From a virus: a stretch of 64,000 nt of DNA. How positions within the stretch are numbered: position 1 is the first letter of the stretch; the number at the start of each line of letters is the position of its first letter. The notes below the pieces were generated by a model. The model was not told where the DNA came from. It saw only the letters and a list, made by a program, of their open reading frames with translations, and ran no database searches. Location of the stretch: the IMG/VR virus record IMGVR_UViG_3300045136_000892, one strand, 5' to 3'. The position numbers were made by a program, and so were the translations under genes. Positions 24,525-32,762 of the stretch are shown in pieces.

Positions 24525-27294
24525 AGCTCCGCTCCTTCTCCCTCGCCACCGGCATAGCACTGGCCGCCTTCTCGCGCAACTGCTGGAACGCCAGTCGCAT
24601 ACGCTCCGCGAGCGTCTTCACCCGCCGCCTCGGCCGCACTGGAACCGGCACCGGCCGGAGTAGCTCCGTCGCAGACTTGCGGGAATCGGCCCTCTGGATG
24701 GCCTCGCGCAGCTCGGCCGGCGTCAGGTCGCTGTAGATCGTCGCCTGCTCCCGGCCGCGCGACACCGAGACGTAGAACTGCTCCGCGCCCATCGCCGGGC
24801 GGGATTCGCTCCCCATGGCGATCAGCACGCGGTCGACGGTCTTGCCCTGGCTCGCGTGCGAGGTGGTCACGTAGCCGTGGGCCAGGTGGCCGAAGTCCTT
24901 GCCCACGACCCAGCCGTTCTCCAGGACGATGTCGTCGTCCTTCGTGAAGCCCTTGACCCGGTAGGTCGCCCCGTTGTTCAGCTTGTGCTCGCCGTCCTTC
25001 GTCTTGCCGTTGGCAGTGATGCGGACCTGATCCCCGGCCGCAACCTCAATCGTTAACGGCGTGTACACCGAGAAGTGCGACGCCTTGGCGAATCGGTCGC
25101 CCGGCTTCCAGTCGAGCACACGGACGCGGTCCCCGGCCCGGAATGTGCCCGAGTTCCGGTGGAACTGGAGCACCTCGCCGCCCTCGTATCGCTCAAGGTC
25201 GCCCCGCTCGGCCTCCGTCCAGCCAAGGGGAACGAGGACGCCAATCTGTTTGCCCTCGCTGGCGATACGCCCCCGCTTTTTGAGCCGGGCCCGAATCTCG
25301 GCCGTGATCTCGCCGCCCTCGACATGGGTCGGGGCGACGACCAGGACGGACTTCCGGGCATCGAGCGCTGCCAGGTAGTCCTCGACCAGCGGGGCGTTGT
25401 CCTGGGCCTCCCTGACCCAGCCCAGGGCCTCGAGCTGGTCGTACCCGCTCAGAAGGTCGCCTTTGGCCAGGGACGCCACCGCTTGTTTGTAGCGGCCCTG
25501 CTGGCGGCGGATATCCTTCAACTCCGCCACGGGCAGCCCGGCGAACTCCTCGAGTACCCGCAGAGTCGCCCCGCGCTCCACCGAGCCGTGCTGCTTCCGG
25601 TCGCCCTGCAGGACGACGCGGGCCCCCAGCCGCTCGGCGGCGTCGAAGACCTCCCGCACCTGGCGGATGCCCAGCAGCCCGGCCTCGTCCACCCAGATCA
25701 CGCCGCCCCGGGCCTTCTCCTGGAACTTCTCGTCGATCAGGAACCGGGCCACGGTGTCGGCCTCGGAGAAGCCTTCCTTGCGGAGCACGCCCCGGCTGGC
25801 CTCGGCGGAGGGGGCCAGGACGACCACCGGGCGGTCGATGCCCGCGATGGTCGCCTTCATCGTGTGGGTCTTGCCGGTGCCTGCGGCCCCGCGGATCAGG
25901 ATGACCCGGTCGGGGGAGGTCCAGACGTGGCGGGCGATGGCGGCCTGATCGGGGGAGAGTTCAGATTTCGGTTGCGCCACCGTCGCAGATGTGGCACCAT
26001 GGCCTCCTACGATTTGAGCGTCTTCGTTGAACCCGAAACCGTCGAGGCCGTTATGAAGCTCTAACCCCGATACGCCATTTTCTTTTGAGATCAAAGGCCG
26101 CTCATTCGAATCCGGGCGGCCTTTTTCGTTGCCCATCGGCCTGCACGTCCCCCGCCCATCCCTGGCGAACCCGATCACCCGCTGCTCCTCCGCGTGCACC
26201 AGCCGAGTCGTGGCCTCCCCGTCCTTCGTGAGCAGGCCCTGCCGCTTCGCCTCCTCCTGGACGAGCTCCGGCGTCACGGCCCCGATGCCGTGGCGGATCG
26301 CCGTCTCGTAGACCCGCTTCTCGTCCACCACGCTCTTGCGCTCGAACAGGTGGCCGATGGCGAACTCGACGGCCGCCTTTACGTCCCCCTCGTACCCGGC
26401 CTTGCCGATCAGCCCGGTAAGCTGTTGGCGCTCCACGTCAGTCAGGCGGCTGACCCAGTAGCGGTTGAGGTCGTCCGCACGTTCCTTGACCTTGCCCAGC
26501 CGGGTCGTTGCCCCAAGCGTGTTCCGGCCCTCGGGGCTGGTGATGCCCAGCTTCTCCGCCACCTGGTCGATGTAGGCCCGGCGGCGGCTGAACTTCCGGA
26601 CCAGCTCGTCGGAGATGCCCTCGATCTCGAAAGCCTTGTCCTTCTTCCGAACGCCGTAGCCGAGTTGCCGAAGGTTCGACGCCAGTCGGTTGTGGTAGAT
26701 GGCTTCGTAGTACGGGGCGTCGTGCTTGATCTGCCCGATCTCGGCGGCCTTCCACTTGCCCTCGAACTTATCCTCGGTGGCATTGAAGACGACCACATGG
26801 TCGTGAAGGCTCATGTCGGGCAAACCATCCTGGCCGCTGACCCGGGTATCCCGGTGCGTCACCCGGAAGGCGACCATGTTACCCGTGACCCGGTCCTCGT
26901 TCTTGCCCCCGGCCCGGACGCGGGCCCGCATGTCGGCCTCGACATAACCCATCGCATAGGCCACGGCCTCGCGGTGCGCCCACTCGATCCGATCGTCGCC
27001 CCGGTTGTCCGGCCCCGCCAGCTCGCGCGCGATGCCCACCGACTTCGTGCTGTTGAAGTTCAGGTCGATGCCGACCCGCCTGCCGTCGCGGGTATAGGTC
27101 GTGAGCGGCTGGCCGGTGAGCGGGTTCAGATTGTCGCAGAGCAGCTCGAAGTCCTCTTTCCGAGCTTGCCCCACCAGCCCGAGGGCCTCGGCGCCCTTGC
27201 CGAGCCAGTCGCCCTGCGCCTGCGCGTAATAGTCCGATGCCTGATAGTAGGCCTTCGCAGCAGCAGCATCGGTAATCCAGTGTGTACGCAGCAC
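24508..27294 (-). CDS. MOBF (TrwC-like) relaxase-helicase
   Basis: YY...DYY, DLNFNSTKSV, HRDTR and LHDH HUH motif; GAAGTGKT, VDEAG, HASQGKT and FYVSVSR helicase motifs. Confidence 0.93.
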   Translation of the reverse strand: MLRTHWITDAAAAKAYYQASDYYAQAQGDWLGKGAEALGLVGQARKEDFELLCDNLNPLTGQPLTTYTRDGRRVGIDLNFNSTKSVGIARELAGPDNRGDDRIEWAHREAVAYAMGYVEADMRARVRAGGKNEDRVTGNMVAFRVTHRDTRVSGQDGLPDMSLHDHVVVFNATEDKFEGKWKAAEIGQIKHDAPYYEAIYHNRLASNLRQLGYGVRKKDKAFEIEGISDELVRKFSRRRAYIDQVAEKLGITSPEGRNTLGATTRLGKVKERADDLNRYWVSRLTDVERQQLTGLIGKAGYEGDVKAAVEFAIGHLFERKSVVDEKRVYETAIRHGIGAVTPELVQEEAKRQGLLTKDGEATTRLVHAEEQRVIGFARDGRGTCRPMGNEKGRPDSNERPLISKENGVSGLELHNGLDGFGFNEDAQIVGGHGATSATVAQPKSELSPDQAAIARHVWTSPDRVILIRGAAGTGKTHTMKATIAGIDRPVVVLAPSAEASRGVLRKEGFSEADTVARFLIDEKFQEKARGGVIWVDEAGLLGIRQVREVFDAAERLGARVVLQGDRKQHGSVERGATLRVLEEFAGLPVAELKDIRRQQGRYKQAVASLAKGDLLSGYDQLEALGWVREAQDNAPLVEDYLAALDARKSVLVVAPTHVEGGEITAEIRARLKKRGRIASEGKQIGVLVPLGWTEAERGDLERYEGGEVLQFHRNSGTFRAGDRVRVLDWKPGDRFAKASHFSVYTPLTIEVAAGDQVRITANGKTKDGEHKLNNGATYRVKGFTKDDDIVLENGWVVGKDFGHLAHGYVTTSHASQGKTVDRVLIAMGSESRPAMGAEQFYVSVSRGREQATIYSDLTPAELREAIQRADSRKSATELLRPVPVPVRPRRRVKTLAERMRLAFQQLREKAASAMPVAREKERSYARSR

Positions 27295-27300
27295 ACCAGA

Positions 27301-27328
27301 ATAATAGGGATGGTCAGATGCTTGTCAA
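27301..27328 (-). promoter_or_regulatory. Relaxase promoter, probably giving a leaderless mRNA
   Basis: TTGACA-N16-TATTAT ending 6 nt before the GTG start. Confidence 0.55.
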
Positions 27329-27607
27329 ACAGCAGTATGGGCGATTCGGCAAGCCGACCGGGCTGCTATGGGGTGCGCTTGCGCTCCCGTCGCAAGCGAC
27401 CGGCTTGCGCCGCCCACCGCATCCCTATCGCGGCAGAGGACGGGTGGAAGCCCGCGGGGGCCTGTATAGCCACAGCCCGGCCCTAATGCGGTCAAGGGTT
27501 ACACGAGCGGCTTCGCCGCCCTTGACCGCAGTCCGGGCCGCGGCGAAGGGGCATCCATTCGGTAGTAGGACGAGGCATCGAGCAAGCTCTTGCCTGTCCT
27601 ACTACCT
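27304..27607. other. Candidate oriT with three stem-loops
   Basis: Upstream of the relaxase; inverted repeats; TGTATAGC at 27463-27470. Confidence 0.5.
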
Positions 27608-27635
27608 CAACCATTCACAGAAAGGAAATCACACC

Positions 27636-27959
27636 ATGTTCCATCGCGGAGCCTACGCTTTCGTGCAGCTGAAGCGGACCGCCGCCCAGATCTCAGAAAA
27701 ATGCGACCTCATCACCTCGAAGGTCTACATCGGAGATATCCGAGAGCACGTTCTGAAGGCCAAGGCGATTCATACCGCCCTCGAGCTCATTTCTAACACG
27801 CCCAACGCCTCGGTTAGCCGCTCGGCTCTGGAGGCATGGGGCAAGCAGATCGATGAAGCCAAGGAGGCTATCCAGAAATGGGCCAAGGGACTTTTCACAC
27901 CAGAGGGGGAATCGACCCGCGAATCCGACTTCCCCTCGGATGAGGAGATACCCTACTGA
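27636..27959 (+). CDS. Hypothetical protein with an SSB-like acidic tail (SDEEIPY)
   Basis: AAGGA RBS; followed by a hairpin near 27968-27991. Confidence 0.65.
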   Translation: MFHRGAYAFVQLKRTAAQISEKCDLITSKVYIGDIREHVLKAKAIHTALELISNTPNASVSRSALEAWGKQIDEAKEAIQKWAKGLFTPEGESTRESDFPSDEEIPY

Positions 27960-28112
27960 CGGGGCACGGGGCCGGGCGAAAAACCGGCCCCTCTCCTGAG
28001 TCGGTCAACTGAGCGGGGCGGGCGAGCCGCGGTGGAATCCCGTGCAATCCGGCCTCACACATCTCTCCTGTGGCGTGCCTGCAGGACATGGAACCGTTCC
28101 AGCCGCCGGCGA

Positions 28113-28256
28113 TCACCGCAAATTGAGCCATTCCAAATCGCCGTCCTTCACGGGCACGATGCCGTCCGGGTAAAGTCCGGGCATGGGCTGACGGAGCGAC
28201 CAGACGAAGCCGAGGAGGAGCAGGAGGCCCACGACGAAGACCAGGACCTTGATCAT
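28113..28256 (-). CDS. Small membrane protein
   Basis: Hydrophobic N-terminus. Confidence 0.5.
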   Translation of the reverse strand: MIKVLVFVVGLLLLLGFVWSLRQPMPGLYPDGIVPVKDGDLEWLNLR

Positions 28257-28316
28257 TCGAGGTCTGCCAGCCTCAACCATAAGCGCACCGTGCCAACTGT
28301 TCGGGAGCAAACTCGG

Positions 28317-28544
28317 TCATACTGCTCTTTTCTCCTTGACAGCCCCGCATGCGCAGTAGCCGTTCTGCAGATATTGACCCTCTAGCAGAGCAGCCTTTGC
28401 GTCTGCTCGCTGGCAATGGTTGATCCAGTTCAGAACATCCCTGTCCCGCTTCTTGAGTTGCTCGGTCAGATCAGCGACCTGCTTCCGGAGCGCAGCGTTC
28501 TCCGTAAGCGCCTCCTGGAGTATCTGCGGAAGAACTACGTGCAT
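28317..28544 (-). CDS. Phage coiled-coil hypothetical protein
   Basis: GAGG RBS; early-left operon. Confidence 0.55.
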   Translation of the reverse strand: MHVVLPQILQEALTENAALRKQVADLTEQLKKRDRDVLNWINHCQRADAKAALLEGQYLQNGYCACGAVKEKRAV

Positions 28545-28549
28545 CGCCG

Positions 28550-28798
28550 TCACGCCTCGTCCAGGATGTGCATCGGCCTGGCCTCCCGCCGCTCGTAGGC
28601 CAGGTACGGCCTGGCAACCGGCCGCACCCTGTCGTGGTGGATGCCGCAGACCCGCTGGGACAGGCTGGACTCGCCCCGGGGTTGGACGTCGTATTGCCAG
28701 GGGTTGCACCGATGCACGCCCATGATCGTGCCTCGGAACTGTTTGCCGTTGTGGTCATACGCGATGACCTCCTGGCCGTGGGTGAAGGCTTCGGTCAT
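28550..28798 (-). CDS. Phage hypothetical protein (SH3-like)
   Basis: ATGA overlap; GGAGG RBS. Confidence 0.6.
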   Translation of the reverse strand: MTEAFTHGQEVIAYDHNGKQFRGTIMGVHRCNPWQYDVQPRGESSLSQRVCGIHHDRVRPVARPYLAYERREARPMHILDEA

Positions 28799-29049
28799 AA
28801 CCCGACCCTCCACCGCACGCTCTCGCACGGGCCGAACAGGCAAACGACCGCGAGCATGGCCAGCACCAAAAGCGCGAGCGGTGCCAGGACCAGGCATGCG
28901 ATCAACACTCCGGTCCGCCGGAGCCAATCACGCAAGCCTCTCGTACTCGGTGAATCTGTCGCACCCAGCCACGTCGCCAGGGCCAGGCTCAACCAGATGA
29001 CTAGCTGATACGCGAATCCATCGGGATCGCTTGGCAGATGGTCGCTCAT
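28795..29049 (-). CDS. Two-TM membrane protein
   Basis: Hydrophobic segments; ATGA overlaps. Confidence 0.55.
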   Translation of the reverse strand: MSDHLPSDPDGFAYQLVIWLSLALATWLGATDSPSTRGLRDWLRRTGVLIACLVLAPLALLVLAMLAVVCLFGPCESVRWRVGL

Positions 29050-29234
29050 TCCGGCTCTCCCAGCAGAAAGACCAGGATGCCGTCGGCGGCAGTGGACCGT
29101 CCCGTGATGGCTACTGCCATCGCGGCCACGAACAGGCCGCTGAGCAAGAAGCAGCCTATAAGGAACAGACCAGCGAACGCCGCCGGGGCCACGAGCGGAA
29201 TCATGACCCGCTTGGGGAGAGACACGTCCTTCAT
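29046..29234 (-). CDS. Membrane protein
   Basis: Hydrophobic; ATGA overlaps. Confidence 0.55.
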   Translation of the reverse strand: MKDVSLPKRVMIPLVAPAAFAGLFLIGCFLLSGLFVAAMAVAITGRSTAADGILVFLLGEPE

Positions 29235-29494
29235 TTCAGCCCCCACCGCTTGTAGCTGTCCTCGTTCTCCGGCGTGATGTTCCACACCGCCGCGATCACG
29301 GCGGCGCGGGCGTGGCTGTCGTAGACGACGTAGCCCTTCGGCCTGGACGTGCCGGCCACCAGGTCGGCGAGCGCCTGCCGGGAGTCGGCGGAGTAGTCCA
29401 GTTCCTCTGGCTCGGGCCTGGCAGTCACCGCCACCAGCAGGCAGCAGACCGCGATGTGCCACAGGGTCAGGGCGGGGCGATGCAGCTTATTCAT
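29231..29494 (-). CDS. Exported/membrane hypothetical protein
   Basis: Signal-like N-terminus; AAGGA RBS. Confidence 0.55.
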   Translation of the reverse strand: MNKLHRPALTLWHIAVCCLLVAVTARPEPEELDYSADSRQALADLVAGTSRPKGYVVYDSHARAAVIAAVWNITPENEDSYKRWGLK

Positions 29495-29900
29495 GGGCAA
29501 ATCCTTTCGTTGCGGGGTTTGTCGGGACGGGGCGCAGGGCGTCACGCAGCAGCCCGGCGGAGTCGATAGGCTTCGGGCGAAAGGCGTCAAGCAGCCGCTC
29601 GGCTTCCTCGGCGATGAGCTTCTCGCTATCCGCAGGCGAGGCGCCGTGCGTGTAGGTCGGGTACTGCTCGTCCAGCTCCGAAATGGCGCTGTCGAACTCG
29701 TGGGCCAGATTCTCTCCGACCCGCTCCATGATGACCTCGATGTCGTCCTTCCCGTACATCACCCTGTCCTTGATGGCCAAGTCCACCAGGGCCTTCAGGA
29801 CGTTGCGGTAGTGCCGATGGGCGCGGTCGAGCTGTTTCTCGGCCTCCTCGGCGCGGTGCTCGGCGGTGTAGTGGACGTTATCTTCGCAGCGTAGTGACAT
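29487..29900 (-). CDS. Phage hypothetical protein, first gene of the leftward early operon
   Basis: AAGGAGG RBS. Confidence 0.65.
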   Translation of the reverse strand: MSLRCEDNVHYTAEHRAEEAEKQLDRAHRHYRNVLKALVDLAIKDRVMYGKDDIEVIMERVGENLAHEFDSAISELDEQYPTYTHGASPADSEKLIAEEAERLLDAFRPKPIDSAGLLRDALRPVPTNPATKGFAHE

Positions 29901-29975
29901 ATGCAAGTCCTCCTTGACTGTTCGGCAGAATTGTGGTCACCATAATCTAGATTTGAAACCAGCGCAAGCAGAAAA

Positions 29976-30182
29976 GTGAAACAGTTGTCCACCGTGATTA
30001 CAGACCGTGAATTGCTCGGAATCGCCCTTCGGAAAGCAGGAAACTACAGCCGGTTAGCCGCTAGTTCAGGGGTAGGTCGCACCAGCCTCTGGCGGCTCGC
30101 GAGCGGAAAGCTGACCCGTAAATCTCGAAACAGCACTATAGAAAAGCTGACTGCCTATATTCTGGACGAAACCATTTCTTAA
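29976..30182 (+). CDS. Cro-like XRE HTH regulator
   Basis: SRLAASSGVGRTSLWRLASG...TIEKL; sits at a divergent AT-rich switch. Confidence 0.75.
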   Translation: MKQLSTVITDRELLGIALRKAGNYSRLAASSGVGRTSLWRLASGKLTRKSRNSTIEKLTAYILDETIS

Positions 30183-30203
30183 ACAAGGACAGAGGGGGAA
30201 ACA

Positions 30204-30377
30204 ATGAAGTTTGAAATCATTCAATTCGGCAAGAACGACTGGCGCTTCTGCATAGTCGCCGGCAACGGCAAGATCCTTGCTCAAAGCGATTCCTACACCC
30301 GCAAGCGCAACGCCGTCGAGGCGGTCGCCCTCATCAAGGCTGGGGCTCCGTTCGCCCGGACCGTCGAGGTCGAATGA
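30204..30377 (+). CDS. YegP/DUF1508 family protein (57 aa, absent from the ORF track)
   Basis: MKFEI...WRF...NGKILAQSDSY.RKRNA..A...IK. Confidence 0.8.
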   Translation: MKFEIIQFGKNDWRFCIVAGNGKILAQSDSYTRKRNAVEAVALIKAGAPFARTVEVE

Positions 30378-30562
30378 GGCCCGATCTGCTCACCCTAACC
30401 CGGCAGGAGTACGCCAAGCGGCACCCCGACCGGGACACCCGGGCGATGCCGATAGACGATACGCTGCTGGCGATGGCGGCAGCGATCGAGGGCGAGTTGG
30501 ACCGCTACGGGAAGCGACTGGCCCGGCTGGAGGCAAAGCTGACAGCGAGCGACGCCGAATGA
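30374..30562 (+). CDS. Hypothetical protein
   Basis: ATGA-coupled at both ends. Confidence 0.55.
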   Translation: MRPDLLTLTRQEYAKRHPDRDTRAMPIDDTLLAMAAAIEGELDRYGKRLARLEAKLTASDAE

Positions 30563-31221
30563 GCCCGCTCAACCAAGCGTATCTGCTCAAGGGCTGGCTT
30601 CTCGACAAGAACCCGCCCACCGAGGTGATAGAAGCATTGGAGGCGGTGATCGCCGAGCTGGGCCGCGTCCCGCAACCTGTGGTGACTATTGCGGGACCGG
30701 CGATATCCAGCCTCAGGCTGCCCCCATTGCGCGAGCCGGAGCCCCGAGCGGAAGGTTCCCCCGAGAGCCGTGGCGATCTGCCAGATCAGAACGCGCCTGG
30801 CGCCGACTGTGTGGACGACCACGGCTCTGAACCGACCGCACCGCCGAAGAAGAAGCGGAAGTATCCGGAATTGACCGCTGAGCAGAAGGCCGCGGTCGCG
30901 CAGCGGTTGAAAGCGGGCCGGGAGGCTAAGAAGCGGGCCTCTGCCGAGGATGAGCCCACGCCGGACTTCACCAAGGAAGAACTGCGGATCAAGGTCCCTG
31001 TGCATCGGCGTACGTCGAAACTGACCGACGCCGACTGGTCCGAGATCAAGGAGATGCTGGCCGCCGGTCGGACGCTCAACCAGATCGCCAGCGACTACGA
31101 CGAGGAGCCGGAAGACCTCGATGTTTTCATTGAAAGGCGTCGGGGCCAGGAGGCACAATCGCCGGGGGAAGCCCAGGCGTCGCCGTCCAAGGTGGCGAGC
31201 GACGCAGCGAGGCAGACATGA
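30559..31221 (+). CDS. Hypothetical protein, possible C-terminal HTH
   Basis: ATGA overlap; GRTLNQIASDY. Confidence 0.55.
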   Translation: MSPLNQAYLLKGWLLDKNPPTEVIEALEAVIAELGRVPQPVVTIAGPAISSLRLPPLREPEPRAEGSPESRGDLPDQNAPGADCVDDHGSEPTAPPKKKRKYPELTAEQKAAVAQRLKAGREAKKRASAEDEPTPDFTKEELRIKVPVHRRTSKLTDADWSEIKEMLAAGRTLNQIASDYDEEPEDLDVFIERRRGQEAQSPGEAQASPSKVASDAARQT

Positions 31222-31658
31222 TCGAGGCGTTTATTCGCGAGCGAGGTGTCACCCAATGCCCTCCTCGCATTGTAGACGGGAACTCCCGCTCTTCCGCGAG
31301 AGGGCAGGAAACGCCGAATTGCTTCCTGTTCCGCGAAGTCACCGAGGCGCGAACGCCGGAGCAAAAGCTGGCGGTGGCGAAGATACTCCAGATGTTGCAG
31401 GACTTGGCTGGCAAGTCGCATGTCGCTCGCAACGAAGAGGGAGTGATTCGCTGGCGTGCCGAGAACTGGTTTTTCGGCCCATCCGATCTTGCTCAGTGGT
31501 GCGAGATGGCGGGGTACCGACCAGAAGTCGTGCGTCAGAAGGCTCGCGACATCCTGCAGAACGGCTGGCCGCAGTGGAGAGCTGCGGCCGGCACTGGCGC
31601 TCGGTACGAGGAACGGAAGGCCTTCCGCGCCCGCAGTAGGCAGCGAGGCTTTCAGTGA
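31218..31658 (+). CDS. Phage hypothetical protein
   Basis: IEAFIRERGVTQCP N-terminus; coupled. Confidence 0.6.
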   Translation: MIEAFIRERGVTQCPPRIVDGNSRSSARGQETPNCFLFREVTEARTPEQKLAVAKILQMLQDLAGKSHVARNEEGVIRWRAENWFFGPSDLAQWCEMAGYRPEVVRQKARDILQNGWPQWRAAAGTGARYEERKAFRARSRQRGFQ

Positions 31659-31936
31659 CCAAGCCTCCCTTCCAGGTCGTCCACCGGCGGATCCGAACCC
31701 CGACCAAGCCCGAGAAATCCCCGGTCGAACGTAGCACCTACGTCCCGCCGCCGAAGCCCAGCCCGCTGACCTTCGCTCAGCACTGGCTCGGCTCCCGGCT
31801 GGAGGAGCGGGGCGAGCGAGGGGCATACCTGGATGGCCGCCCGGCAAAGCTCGACGCTCTGATGCGGGAGGCCAACCGCGTGGCCTTTGTGGCGGGGGCC
31901 GATATGCTGCTCTACAAGCCCGAGTGGCGGCCGTGA
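31655..31936 (+). CDS. Phage hypothetical protein
   Basis: GTGA overlap. Confidence 0.55.
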   Translation: MTKPPFQVVHRRIRTPTKPEKSPVERSTYVPPPKPSPLTFAQHWLGSRLEERGERGAYLDGRPAKLDALMREANRVAFVAGADMLLYKPEWRP

Positions 31937-32121
31937 TAATCAGTCCTGGCTTCGAGATCCTTTATAACCGGGTGTACGCCCTCCGCCAGGAATACCATCT
32001 CGCTCGCAGAGAGTACGACGAGGCTTTCGACCTCCCATACGACGATCCCGACCGCCTCGATCGCTTTCGGGCCGCGCGGGAGAGGGTTGCCCAGGCCAGA
32101 AAGCTCCTCGCCCGTGCGTAG
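31933..32121 (+). CDS. Hypothetical protein
   Basis: GTGA overlap. Confidence 0.5.
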   Translation: MIISPGFEILYNRVYALRQEYHLARREYDEAFDLPYDDPDRLDRFRAARERVAQARKLLARA

Positions 32122-32279
32122 CAAAGTGGAATCCCAGGCCGAAGACACGGCACCGACCGGTTTGCCGCTCCAGCCAGTCGACACCTACACCGACGAGCAG
32201 GGCCGGACGATCGCGATCTACCCCGCCAGGTACGCCGAGGGCGGGGGCAAGCAGCCGTTCACGGCCAAGCCGAGGCGTC

Positions 32280-32639
32280 GTGAGTAGCGAGTCGGTCATC
32301 GTCACCCAGTGCCTCGAGTGGCTTGCCCTCCGGCGAGTCTTCGCATGGCGGAACAATACTGGGGCCTGCAAGCTGGACGGACGATGGATCCGGTACGGGC
32401 ACCCGGGTAGCGGGGACATCCTCGGCATTCTTCCAAGCGGCCTTTTCCTGTCCGTGGAGTGCAAGGCGCCTGCTGGCAGGCAATCCAAGCAGCAGAAGCT
32501 ATTCCAGAAAATGATAGAGCGGAATGGCGGCGTGTATATCCTCGCCCGCAGTGCCGGCGAGCTAGAACGGCACCTCGTCGAACACCCACGATTCGCAGCC
32601 TTCGGCTTGGACCTCGGGCGGAGGGACGGCCTGAGCTAG
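32280..32639 (+). CDS. VRR-NUC nuclease (resolvase-like)
   Basis: WRNNTG, PGSGDI, VECK..GRQS..Q and GG.Y motifs. Confidence 0.85.
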   Translation: MSSESVIVTQCLEWLALRRVFAWRNNTGACKLDGRWIRYGHPGSGDILGILPSGLFLSVECKAPAGRQSKQQKLFQKMIERNGGVYILARSAGELERHLVEHPRFAAFGLDLGRRDGLS

Positions 32640-32762
32640 GCTGCAGAGCCCCCCTTGCCAGTGCCGGCACGTCCCGCATGACTTCTGCGTCTCAATACGT
32701 TCGAGAAAAGTCGATAAACTCTTCAGCGCTTGCAGCAGTTCCTGCTTCAGCTTCGGGTCCAT
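32562..32762 (-). CDS. Small Cys-rich phage protein ending DEVPF
   Basis: CGTC...C...C; downstream of the helicase. Confidence 0.65.
   Translation of the reverse strand: MDPKLKQELLQALKSLSTFLERIETQKSCGTCRHWQGGLCSLAQAVPPPEVQAEGCESWVFDEVPF

Noticed and set aside
26100-26115. TTCGAATCC as a tRNA T-loop or att-site remnant
   Set aside because: No cloverleaf or acceptor stem; it is the loop of a terminator-like hairpin
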